Assembly: GCA_963776245.1 (NCBI GenBank)
Contig: CAVZLN010000003.1
Coordinates: 992,001 to 1,056,000 of the forward strand
Direction of reading: 5' to 3'
From: Candidatus Eiseniibacteriota bacterium
GTDB lineage: Bacteria > Eisenbacteria > RBG-16-71-46
DNA: 64,000 bases
A program made the position numbers and the translations under genes. This document shows positions 20,085 to 29,186 of the stretch, piece after piece (positions within the stretch are counted from its first letter, which is position 1; each line of letters begins with the position of its first letter). The notes beneath the pieces are model-generated. The model worked only from the letters and a program-made list of their open reading frames with translations, did not search any database and was not told the origin of the DNA.

Positions 20085-21161
20085 TCAGCCCTCCCGCTTC
20101 GCGACCTGGACCGGCTGCCCGGCCTTGAGGCCCGTGATCGGCCCGGCGATGACCTGGTGTCCGGCCTCGAGTCCCGAGACGATCTCGATCAGGTCGCGGC
20201 CCTCGTCGCGAAGGCCGGTCCTGACTTCGCGCGGCTCGACCTTCCCGTCCACCACCAGCCACACCATCGTCCGGCCACCCTCGGTGCGCACGCTCGTGGC
20301 GGGGACGGCGATCGCCGCCTGCACGCGCTTCACCACGACCTGGCCGGAGGCGAACAGCCCGCCCACCATGCGGCCGCCATGATTGGGGACCACCACGTAC
20401 AGCCGGACCTGGCGCGTCGCCGGGTCCGCGGAGGCGTTGATGCGCGCCACCCGGCCCTCGATCGCGGCGTGCGGGTAGCCGGTGACGTCGAGCACCACCG
20501 GCGCGCCGACACGCACCAGGCCGACATCGGTGGCGGTGATGGTGGCCTCGAACTCCAGCTCGCGCGTGTCCACCACGCGGAGCACCGGGTCGCCGATGCC
20601 CGGCATGTCGCCGGCCTGCACGAACCGTTCGGCCACCGTGCCCGAGATGGGCGCGCGCACCGTGGCATCGTCGAGGATCTTCTGGGCGGCCGCCCACACC
20701 GCCTCGGTCTCGCGCATCGTGGCCTCGGCGCCTTCGAGGTCGCGCTCGGCCACCGCGCCCTCGCGCAGCAGGTTCTGCATGCGGGCGAAGTCGGCCCGCG
20801 CCGCCTTGTAGCGGGACTCGGCGCCCACCGCCGCGGGGCGCACGGCGGTGGTGCGGAAGCGCATCATCACCTCGCCCTTCTGCACGCGCTGGCCCTCCTT
20901 CACCAGCATCGCCTCGACCACGTCGGCGATCGGCGCGCCGATCTTCACGCTGGTCGCCGGGGCGAGGGTGCCCGATACCGCGACCCCGGTCACCAGGTCC
21001 GCGCGCCGTGAGGGCGCGACATCGTTGGCGCCGAGCACCGCGGACAGGGCCACGTCCGCGCCCGCCGCCTTAGCCGGCTGCTCCTTGCTGCATCCGCTCA
21101 CCAGGGCGAGGGCCGCCAGACCGAGTGCCGCTGCCGCCGTCATCCACCTGATCCGCTTCAT
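20085..21161 (-). CDS. RND periplasmic adaptor (membrane fusion protein), lipoprotein
   Basis: Lipobox LVSGC; VKEGQRVQKGE lipoyl-like half; VRAPISGTV; ADPATRQV. Confidence 0.93.
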   Translation of the reverse strand: MKRIRWMTAAAALGLAALALVSGCSKEQPAKAAGADVALSAVLGANDVAPSRRADLVTGVAVSGTLAPATSVKIGAPIADVVEAMLVKEGQRVQKGEVMMRFRTTAVRPAAVGAESRYKAARADFARMQNLLREGAVAERDLEGAEATMRETEAVWAAAQKILDDATVRAPISGTVAERFVQAGDMPGIGDPVLRVVDTRELEFEATITATDVGLVRVGAPVVLDVTGYPHAAIEGRVARINASADPATRQVRLYVVVPNHGGRMVGGLFASGQVVVKRVQAAIAVPATSVRTEGGRTMVWLVVDGKVEPREVRTGLRDEGRDLIEIVSGLEAGHQVIAGPITGLKAGQPVQVAKREG

Positions 21162-21163
21162 GG

Positions 21164-22630
21164 CTATCGACCTTCCTTCCCGGTGTCCACGTTCATCCCG
21201 ATGGTATCCACGGGCCTGCGCTCGACCGGCAGCGGATGACCCACCGCCTTCTCGAGCGCCGCCAGAGCGATCAGGTAGTCACGTGTGGCCTGGACCTCGT
21301 TCAATTCCGCGTTCTGGTACTGGAGGCGGGCGTCCGTCACTTCGATCTGGGCCGAGAGCCCGTTGGTGAACCGCACGCCCGCCAGCTCGTGGGCGCGCCG
21401 CGCCTGGCGCACGGTCTCGCGGCGCGCGGCCAGCAGGGCGCCGCTGCGCTCCAGCTCGGTGCGGGCCTGCTCGATCTCGATGTCCACCGACTCGAGCATC
21501 TGGTCACGCCGGGTCTGGGCGCGTTCGAGGTCGGCCCGGGCGACCTGGATCCCGCCTTCGGTGCGCAGCCCGAGGAAGATCGGGAACTCCAGCCGCGCGC
21601 TGGCGTCCCACGAGCGGCGGAACTCGTCGCGCTTCGGCCAGGCGACCGGCGGGTAGGCGCTGTGCGAGAGCGTGGACATCAGGTAGAGCTCCGGCCAGCG
21701 CCGGCCCTGCTCGATGCGCACCGCCATGCGCCGCGCGATCACCTCGGCCTCGGCGGCCTGCAGCCCCGGGCGCGCCTCGCGCGTCATCGCGGTCGCGGTC
21801 ACGACCGGCAGCATGGCGTCCTCGGACAGCAGCGGAGTCGCCAGTTCCAGCGGCTGGTCGAGCGGCAGGTTGACCAGCCGCTTGAGGTCGAGCATCGCGA
21901 GCGTGAGCGCGTTGCGCGCCTCGACCACGCCCGGCTCCTGGTTGGCCGCGTCCACCTCGGCGCGCAGCAGCTCGTACTCCGAGCGCGCGCCCTCGCGACG
22001 GTAGAGCCGCACCTGCGCGAGGTGCGCCCGGGACTGCGCCAGCGACGACTCGGCGATGGCCACCACGCGCTGCCCGAGCGCGGCGTCGAGATAGGCGCGC
22101 TTCACCGCGTAGGTCACGTCCATCGCGGTCTCGCGCAGGTTCGCGTCGGCGCCCTTGCGCACCTCCTTCGCCGCGCGCAGGGCCGCGCCCACCTTGCCGC
22201 CCGAGTACAGCAACTGCTTGCCGGTGACGTCCACCTGCCAGGAGTGCGTGGCGGCGAACGAGCTGTTGCGGAAGATGGGCCCGAACACGGGGTCCTCGGT
22301 CGCGCCGGCGAACAGCGAGGCGAGCTTGCGGTTGTAGGTGACCGCGCCGTTGATCTGCGGCAGGGCCTCCGAGAGCGCGGAGCGGATGCGCCCGTTGGCC
22401 TCGCGGATCAGGGCGCGCGGGAAGCGCATCTCGTCGCCCCGCGTGACGGCGCGGGACACCGCGTCGTCGAGCGTCAGGCGCAGCGGGGGGAGGGCCGCGG
22501 CCGTCGGGGCCGCCGCGGCCATGGCCCCGGTGGCGGGCGGGTCGGCGGCCAGCGCGGCCCCCGGCCCCATGGCCGGCAGGGTCAGCGCGAGCGCGAGCAG
22601 GGTGGCCGTGGTGGGAAGCGGGGGCCGCAT
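21164..22630 (-). CDS. TolC family outer-membrane efflux protein
   Basis: Signal peptide; LTLDDAVSRA; VKRAYLD; RFTNGLSAQIEVTDAR...ALEKAVG; lies in the RND operon. Confidence 0.92.
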   Translation of the reverse strand: MRPPLPTTATLLALALTLPAMGPGAALAADPPATGAMAAAAPTAAALPPLRLTLDDAVSRAVTRGDEMRFPRALIREANGRIRSALSEALPQINGAVTYNRKLASLFAGATEDPVFGPIFRNSSFAATHSWQVDVTGKQLLYSGGKVGAALRAAKEVRKGADANLRETAMDVTYAVKRAYLDAALGQRVVAIAESSLAQSRAHLAQVRLYRREGARSEYELLRAEVDAANQEPGVVEARNALTLAMLDLKRLVNLPLDQPLELATPLLSEDAMLPVVTATAMTREARPGLQAAEAEVIARRMAVRIEQGRRWPELYLMSTLSHSAYPPVAWPKRDEFRRSWDASARLEFPIFLGLRTEGGIQVARADLERAQTRRDQMLESVDIEIEQARTELERSGALLAARRETVRQARRAHELAGVRFTNGLSAQIEVTDARLQYQNAELNEVQATRDYLIALAALEKAVGHPLPVERRPVDTIGMNVDTGKEGR

Positions 22631-22632
22631 GA

Positions 22633-23265
22633 TCAGGCTCCCTTCCGGGTGGCGAGGCCGTCCAGCACCAGGGTCAGGCGCACGCGCAGCTCCTCGGCCA
22701 GTTGATAGTCGTAGGGCGCGGACGCGTCGCCGCTGCAGTTCACCCAGGTGTACACCGTCGCGTAGTACGTGCCGGTCAGGATCTCGGCGGCACGCGCGAT
22801 CTCCACGTCGGTGCGCAGCTCGCCGGCGTCGCGACCCATCTGGAGCGCGCGGTGGATGAGCGCATTCCAGCGCGATCCGTGGCCATGCTCCTCGGTGACG
22901 TCGAACGCGCGCCCCATGAGCTCGTTGATCACGTAGCGCGACAGCTCGCGATCGGTCTCGTAGGCCGCCGCGGCGTGCGCGTAGATGTCCAGGAGCTTCT
23001 CGCGGGCCGGCTTGGGGGCGGAGAAGATGGCCTCGGCGTTGGCCTCGAGATCCTCGAGCCGATGCTCGGAGAGATACCCGAGCACGGCCTCCTTGCGGGG
23101 GAAGTAATTGAAGAACGTCCCCTTCGCCACGTCGGCGCGCTCGGTGATCTCGTCGATGATGGTGTTCGCGAAGCCGCGCTTGCTGAAGAGCCGGATCGCC
23201 TCCTTGAAGATGCGCTCCTTGGTCTCTTCCTTCTTCCGCTCGCGGCGGGACAGCTCGATGTTCAT
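22633..23265 (-). CDS. TetR/AcrR family transcriptional regulator
   Basis: RRERKKEETKERIFKEAIRLFSKRGFANTIIDEITERADVAKGTFFNYFPRKE helix-turn-helix; first gene of the efflux operon. Confidence 0.95.
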   Translation of the reverse strand: MNIELSRRERKKEETKERIFKEAIRLFSKRGFANTIIDEITERADVAKGTFFNYFPRKEAVLGYLSEHRLEDLEANAEAIFSAPKPAREKLLDIYAHAAAAYETDRELSRYVINELMGRAFDVTEEHGHGSRWNALIHRALQMGRDAGELRTDVEIARAAEILTGTYYATVYTWVNCSGDASAPYDYQLAEELRVRLTLVLDGLATRKGA

Positions 23266-23293
23266 GGCGATGGCCTCGTGCTGATGCACTGTT

Positions 23294-23454
23294 TGGACCT
23301 GATTCAAATGTGACCCGAGTTCAAATATAGGCTCACTGGCGGGTCGTTCGTCGAGCGGTTTCAGCATCCGATCCATGGCGGACCTACGGGAACACGGTCG
23401 GATGTGTTGCATCGCAATGGATTGCGGACATGCAAAATCTGACCCAAGTCCAAT
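23294..23454. promoter_or_regulatory. Three putative TetR operator boxes and a -10 element
   Basis: TGGACCTGATTCAAAT (23294-23309), TGACCCGAGTTCAAAT (23311-23326), TGACCCAAGTCCAAT (23440-23454); minus-strand TATATT (23324-23329) overlaps box 2. Confidence 0.6.
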
Positions 23455-23623
23455 AGTGACCGAGCCCTCCGATCGGAGATGGGCTCGCGATCCGGATGCC
23501 GAGGTCCCCGTGAGGCGCGGACGCGGCGCGGGGCCCATGGGCCATGCGGCCCGGGGATCAGGGGAAGGATGGGGCGTTGGGGAGGCCGGCGCGTGCCGCC
23601 GCCGGGGCCTCCCCGAGCGGCGA

Positions 23624-25909
23624 CTAGAACCCGACGCGCAACTGTGCCAGCCAGCCGCGCGTCGCCGCGGGGATGAACTGGGGCACCCAGGCGCCGTCGG
23701 CGTCGTAGTCCATGTACCCGCCGGCCGCGTACCGCGTGTCGAGCACGTTCGTCACGCGCAACAGGAGCTCCGCCCGGCTGCGCTCGCCGGCGGCGAGGCC
23801 CCAGCCGGCGACCGCGTTCACCGTCGTGCGCGGGCCGATGCTCGCGACCGCGTCCTGGGTGTTGTCGAGGTACATCCGCCCGGCATGCTGCGCGTCGACG
23901 CCCAGGGTCGCGCCCCTCCAGTCGACGCGCGCCGCGAGATTGCCCAACACGGCGGGGAAGAAGCCGATGATCTTGCCGTCGTGCGACACGCTGGTGGTCG
24001 CGTCGAACACCTCGGTGTAGCGCACGAAGCGGTTGTCGCTCAGCCCGGCGTTGCCGTCGAAGGAGAGTCGCGCGCCGCGCGGCAGGGGATGCTCGAGCCG
24101 TCCCGCCAGCTCGAGCCCCTGGTGGACCGAGCGCGCGGCATTGGCCGGGACCACGCTGCCGAGGTCGCTGTTGAACTGGTAGTCCACCAGCTCGTCCCGG
24201 AAGTCCATGCGGAACAGGTTGGCGCTCAGTGAGGCGCGCGGCCCGCGCCACGTCCCGCCCAGTTCGAAGTCGTTCACCCGCTCGGGGCGAATGACCGGGA
24301 CACCGTCCACGAACAACGGCGTGCTCCCCGCGCTCTCGGCGTCGTAGAGGTTGCGGAAGGCGGGTTCCCGCGCCGACTGGGACCACGCGCCGAAGACCGT
24401 GACGTCGGCGCGGGGCGCCCAGGCCAGCCCGAGGCGCGGCAGCGCGAAGTCGTAGTGCCGGTCGAAGCGGATATCGTCGAAGCGGTCGCGCCCCATGTCG
24501 TAGCGCTGGTGGCGCCAGGCCAGATCGGCGGTCGCGGTGAGCCGCGGATGGGGCTGCCATTCCTCGCGCGCGAACAGGCCGGCCTCGAGAGTGCGCGGGC
24601 CGTAGTCGTAGTAGCGGTGGTCGGGCTCGGTGCCGGGCGGCAGGCCGCTGCCCGAGACCACGGTGCCCACATGGCGGCTCGCGTGCGCCCGGAACTCGCC
24701 GCCGACCGTGAGCGCACCGCCGGCGTGCTCGAGCCGCAGGCGTGGCACCCAGCCGTACTGCCGGTTCCACACCGTGCGCCGCCGCACCAGGTCGGCGCCA
24801 ATCACGCGCACGCGTCCGGCTCCGTCCACCACCAGGCGACCCAGGCTGTCCCGCTCGTAGTAGCCCTGGGCCGGGAACATCGTGGAATCCGTGGTGGTCC
24901 AGCTCGACAGCCGGTAGTCCGCCAGGCTCCGGCCGAAGCGCTGCTCGTCGTAGTACCCGGTGCCGTCGAACCAGAACAGGGTCTGTGAGAGCGCGAACCC
25001 GTGTCCCGGTGTCCAGTCGTGGAGGAGCTCGTAGTGGGGCTCGAAGAAGTGGTCCTGCTCGCCGGCGTACGCCAGCGGATTGAAACGCCGGTCGCGCGCG
25101 GCGTCCCCGGAGATCCGCCCGTCGAGGTAGGGCGCCGGCACGCCGAGATAGGCGAGGTGGGTGTTCTCGGGCCCGCCGTAGAGATTCACCCGCAGCGTGT
25201 GGTCGCCGCTCACGCGACGCGCGGCGAGGGCGTAGGACCACAGCTTCGACCAGGACTGGTCGCGGTAGCCGCTGGTCTCGATCCGCGAGTAGCGCCCGTA
25301 GAAGCTCCAGCCGCCCGCGAGCCGGCCGGAGTTGGTCTCGAGCATCAGCCGGCGGGTCTCCCACGCGCCATACGCGAGCGTGACGCTGGTCGCGGGCCGC
25401 TCGCTGAACGGCGAGGTCTCGAGGTTCACACTGCCTCCCACGGACGCGCCGCCATAGAGCGCCGAGCCCACGCCGCGCTGCACCTGCACCTCGCTGGTCG
25501 AGGCGAGCAGGTCGGGGTGATCGATCCAGTAGACCTCGTTCGACTCGGGATCGTTCAGGGGCACGCCGTTCACGAGCACGCTGATCCGGCGCTGGGGGAA
25601 CCCGCGGATCGCGAGGTAGGAGTAGCCGATCCCGTTGCCCGCGTCCGAGTACGCGTAGGCCCCGGGGAGCGTCGCGAGGAGCATCGGCGTGTCGAGCCCG
25701 ACGTTGACCCGCACGAGCTCGTCGCGGCCGAGCGTGGCGCGCGCGACCGGTGCGCGCTCGCCGAGGCGCGTGGTGCTCACCACGATCTCGGGCAGGGGCA
25801 CCACGCGCGCGAGCGTGTCGCGCGCGGGGACGGACGGGGCGCCGGCCACGGCCGCGGGAGTCCCGAGCGAGGCCAGCACGAGGGCGACGACGAGGCAGTG
25901 CGATGTCAT
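23624..25909 (-). CDS. TonB-dependent receptor, probably for thiamine or a thiamine precursor
   Basis: Signal peptide; TonB box EIVVSTTR; plug DAGNGIGYSYLAIRGF...NGVPLNDPES; C-terminal ...AQLRVGF; ATGA-coupled to the SSS gene under the TPP riboswitch. Confidence 0.9.
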   Translation of the reverse strand: MTSHCLVVALVLASLGTPAAVAGAPSVPARDTLARVVPLPEIVVSTTRLGERAPVARATLGRDELVRVNVGLDTPMLLATLPGAYAYSDAGNGIGYSYLAIRGFPQRRISVLVNGVPLNDPESNEVYWIDHPDLLASTSEVQVQRGVGSALYGGASVGGSVNLETSPFSERPATSVTLAYGAWETRRLMLETNSGRLAGGWSFYGRYSRIETSGYRDQSWSKLWSYALAARRVSGDHTLRVNLYGGPENTHLAYLGVPAPYLDGRISGDAARDRRFNPLAYAGEQDHFFEPHYELLHDWTPGHGFALSQTLFWFDGTGYYDEQRFGRSLADYRLSSWTTTDSTMFPAQGYYERDSLGRLVVDGAGRVRVIGADLVRRRTVWNRQYGWVPRLRLEHAGGALTVGGEFRAHASRHVGTVVSGSGLPPGTEPDHRYYDYGPRTLEAGLFAREEWQPHPRLTATADLAWRHQRYDMGRDRFDDIRFDRHYDFALPRLGLAWAPRADVTVFGAWSQSAREPAFRNLYDAESAGSTPLFVDGVPVIRPERVNDFELGGTWRGPRASLSANLFRMDFRDELVDYQFNSDLGSVVPANAARSVHQGLELAGRLEHPLPRGARLSFDGNAGLSDNRFVRYTEVFDATTSVSHDGKIIGFFPAVLGNLAARVDWRGATLGVDAQHAGRMYLDNTQDAVASIGPRTTVNAVAGWGLAAGERSRAELLLRVTNVLDTRYAAGGYMDYDADGAWVPQFIPAATRGWLAQLRVGF

Positions 25910-27300
25910 GAGGCTCTCCTTCGGGGCATCAGCCAGCCGGCGGCGTACACCGCGAGCGAGGCGGCGAGGCCGACGTAGATGGGTTCGAGTCCGAGCGGGT
26001 AGGGATCGGCCGGGCGGGCGGTCTTGGCCGCCACCCAGAGGAGCGTGAGCGCGAATGGCGCGAGCATCGCCGCGGTGGTCCAGCGGGGCCCGAGCGCTCC
26101 GCGGCCGGCGAGCGCCAGGGCCACCGGCAGCAGCAGCACCGGCGTGGTGATCGAGCCGAGGTCGTGCCACAGCGCCACGACGCTCGGCCGCGCCAGCGCG
26201 AGCGCGGTGGCGAACGCCGCGGCGACCCAGAGCGCGAGCTTGGAGTGGGCCACCAGCCGCGATTCGTCGGCCTCGTGGCGCAGGCGCCACCACAGATCGC
26301 GGCTCAGGGTGGTGGCGGCGATGAATCCGTACGAGTCCACGGTGCTCATCACGGTGGCGATCATCGCCAGGTAGAACAGCCCGAGCGCCACCGGCGGCAG
26401 CGTGACCCGCGCCAGCTCGGGGAACGCGAACACCGGGTCCTTCAGCGCCGGCAGCACCGCGCGCGCGTAGAGCCCGGTGAAGGTGGTGAGGAAGTCGAAC
26501 ACCATCCAGCACGCCACCGAGACCAGCACGCCGGTGCGCGCCACCGCGCCGTCGCGCGCGGCGTATGCACGCTGCCAGAAGCCCGGGTCCACCAGGGTCG
26601 AGAGCGCGATGAAGTACCACACGAAGATCGCCTGCGGCGGATTGCCGCCGTGCCACACGAAGTGCGAGGGGGGCAGGTGGGCGTGCAGGAACGGCAGCGC
26701 GCCGTGCTTCGCCACCAGGAACCCCAGCATCACCGCGAAGCCCGCGTACATCAGCACGAACTGCACCTGGTCGGTGAACACCACGGTGCGCAGCCCGCCA
26801 TGGTGGATGTAGAACACCGACAGCAGCGCCGCCGCGATCACGCACGGCGCGAGCGGCCAGCCGGTCATCGCCGCGAACAGCGTGCCCAGCATGAGCACGT
26901 AGGCGGCCGGCGCCGAGGTGAGGAACACCGCCACCGCGCCCACCACCGCCGGCCCGCGCCCGTACTGGCGGTCGAGCAGATCGGGCAGCGTGTAGAGCGC
27001 CTGGGCGCGGGCCCGCCGGGCGAAGTAGAACGCGAACAGCAACGCGCCGATGTAGTACGGCACGCCGAACACCAGCCAGTTGGCGATCCCGTAGCGGTAG
27101 GAGTACTCGCCGACGCCGAGGATGCCGCCGTACCAGGTGGCGACCAGCGTGGCGACGAACGCCGGCAGCGTGACCCGCCGCCCGGCGACCAGGTAGTCCA
27201 CCGCCGCCGGCGTGCGCCCCAGGCGTCCGAGCCACACCGCGGCGAGGAAGCCGAAGTAGAGGACGACCAGTCCCCAGTCGAGGGGACTCGTGCTGAACAT
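25906..27300 (-). CDS. Sodium:solute symporter family transporter (probable thiamine/precursor uptake)
   Basis: DYLVAGR, ATLVATWYGG, YTLPDLL, GGLRTVVFTDQVQF, DPGFWQRAYAA, ATVMSTVDS. Confidence 0.92.
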   Translation of the reverse strand: MFSTSPLDWGLVVLYFGFLAAVWLGRLGRTPAAVDYLVAGRRVTLPAFVATLVATWYGGILGVGEYSYRYGIANWLVFGVPYYIGALLFAFYFARRARAQALYTLPDLLDRQYGRGPAVVGAVAVFLTSAPAAYVLMLGTLFAAMTGWPLAPCVIAAALLSVFYIHHGGLRTVVFTDQVQFVLMYAGFAVMLGFLVAKHGALPFLHAHLPPSHFVWHGGNPPQAIFVWYFIALSTLVDPGFWQRAYAARDGAVARTGVLVSVACWMVFDFLTTFTGLYARAVLPALKDPVFAFPELARVTLPPVALGLFYLAMIATVMSTVDSYGFIAATTLSRDLWWRLRHEADESRLVAHSKLALWVAAAFATALALARPSVVALWHDLGSITTPVLLLPVALALAGRGALGPRWTTAAMLAPFALTLLWVAAKTARPADPYPLGLEPIYVGLAASLAVYAAGWLMPRRRAS

Positions 27301-27402
27301 GTACGACCTCTGCGGGGGTGCGCGCGCCGGCGAGGGCCGGACATGCGAACGCCCTCCGCGGAGGGACGGCTTCGAGGCAAGCGGAGAGCGCGATTGCTTC
27401 GC

Positions 27403-27487
27403 CGTTTCCCTACGCTGGAATGACCCAGTTCAGGTTCAGAGGGTGTGCTCTCAGGCCGGCGATGTCGGTGCCGACCACCCCTAACGA
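27403..27487 (-). ncRNA. TPP (thi-box) riboswitch
   Basis: Minus strand reads CGTTAGGGGTG...GGCCTGAGAGCACACCCTCTGAACCTGAACTGGGTCATTCCAGCGTAGGGAAACG, with conserved CUGAGA, ACCUGA and AGCGUAGGGA elements and a P1 CGTT/AACG pairing. Confidence 0.95.
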
Positions 27488-27573
27488 CGCGCCCGCAGCA
27501 CGGGCACCGGGAACATGCACGCGACCGGAGCCGCGCGCAAGTGGGTTCCTCCGACCGCGGGCGACGCGCCGTC

Positions 27574-29022
27574 CTACTGGCCGGCCACCACCGTCACCCG
27601 GTCGAAGCGCTCGACCTCGCGCGCGCCGCTCAGCATGAGCTCGAGCGCCGGGCGGGTGTCGATCCCGCCGTGCTCCGCGCGCACACCGTACCAGCGCGCG
27701 CCCGCGGTCAGGCTGTCCCACGCGGCGAGCCGCACGCGCTCCGGTTCGGACACGAACTGGGCGCCCTCGAAGTAGGGCAGGTGCGGCTGCGCGAGCGCCA
27801 GCACCCGGTGGCCGAGCCCCGGCGCGTGATAGCGCAGGAAGAGCAGCGCGTGGGTGTCCGCACACACGACCACGTCTCCGGGGCGGACGCGCGGACGCAG
27901 CCACTCCTCGGCCTGCCGCAGCGCCACCGCCTCCGCCAGCGGCGCGTGGACGAGCAGCGAGCGCAGGGCGAGCACGCCGATCACCCCGACCGCGAGCGCG
28001 CGCCGCAGCGAGGCCCCCGGCACCGCGGCGAGGCCCGCGACCACAAGCGCGCACCAGCACGGCAGCGCGAACATCATGTAGCGGTCCGTGAACATGTTGG
28101 TCCCGCGCACCGAGACCGCGTACGCCACCAGCACCGGGACGAGCGACGCCATCCACACCAGGAAGGCCGCGCGCCGCTGCCGGGCCCGCAACAGGGGCAC
28201 GATGGCCAGCGCGACCAGGATGGGCACCGCGAGCTTGACGCCGAAGGCGTACTCGCGGAACACATTGCCGAGCATCGCGAGCGACACCGGCGAGATCCAG
28301 TGCTCGTCACTCAGGCGCTGGTACTGCGCCACCATGGTCGGCAACTGGGGCGCGAACAGCAGTCCGGCGACGGCGTTCAATCCCACCCAGGCGGCGAGGC
28401 GCCGCGGCGTGCGCGCGAGGGCGATCACGCCCCATAGCCCCAGACACGCGAGCACCAGCCCGGACTGGTAGTGCGTGTAGAGCGCCGCCACCGCCGCCAG
28501 CACGAACAGCGCGCCGTCGCGGGCGCGGGCGCGCTCGACCCAGCGCCACGCCATCCACGTGGCCAGCAGGTAGCACAGCCACAGCAGCGCGTACGAGCGC
28601 GCCTCCTGCGAGTAGTAGACGTGATAGCGGTGGAGCGCCAGCAGCAGCGCGGCGGCCAGCCCCACGCCGCGGCCGAACAGCGCGCCGGCGAATCCGTACA
28701 GCGCCGCCACGGTCGCCAGCCCGGTCAGGATGGAGAGCGACTTGAGCCACAACTGGCCCTCCCCGCCGATCCGGATCCACAGGTGCTCGAGGGCGTAGTG
28801 GAGCGGGGGGTGCATGTCGGCCGCGAGCGCCTGCATCATCCGGCGGGGGCCCTCGCGCGCCACCTCGAGGGTGAAGATCTCGTCGAACCACAGTGGTGTG
28901 CGGAGGGCTTCCCAGTACCGCGCCGCCGCCGCGATCGCGAGGATGATCGCCAGCGCGAGCCCGAAGGGGATCACGATGGACGGGCGTGACGATGGCGCTG
29001 GGTCGGGGTGGGACGGCGGCAT
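27574..29022 (-). CDS. GT-C fold glycosyltransferase (GT39/ArnT-PMT-like)
   Basis: LWFDEIFT, DMHPPLHY, YYSQEARSYAL, ALYTHY; many TM helices. Confidence 0.85.
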   Translation of the reverse strand: MPPSHPDPAPSSRPSIVIPFGLALAIILAIAAAARYWEALRTPLWFDEIFTLEVAREGPRRMMQALAADMHPPLHYALEHLWIRIGGEGQLWLKSLSILTGLATVAALYGFAGALFGRGVGLAAALLLALHRYHVYYSQEARSYALLWLCYLLATWMAWRWVERARARDGALFVLAAVAALYTHYQSGLVLACLGLWGVIALARTPRRLAAWVGLNAVAGLLFAPQLPTMVAQYQRLSDEHWISPVSLAMLGNVFREYAFGVKLAVPILVALAIVPLLRARQRRAAFLVWMASLVPVLVAYAVSVRGTNMFTDRYMMFALPCWCALVVAGLAAVPGASLRRALAVGVIGVLALRSLLVHAPLAEAVALRQAEEWLRPRVRPGDVVVCADTHALLFLRYHAPGLGHRVLALAQPHLPYFEGAQFVSEPERVRLAAWDSLTAGARWYGVRAEHGGIDTRPALELMLSGAREVERFDRVTVVAGQ

Positions 29023-29186
29023 CGAACGGGCCTCGGGACGGGAGAGGGAGCCGCGCGCATCCTACCGCTCGGCGGGCGCGCGCGCGACCCGCCGAGCCCG
29101 GCCGCGCGATGGGCCGGCGCCGGAGCCCGCGGCACGGCGCGCGACCGGCGGGTCGCCGACGGGCCGATGCGCTACCCTTGCCGCCC

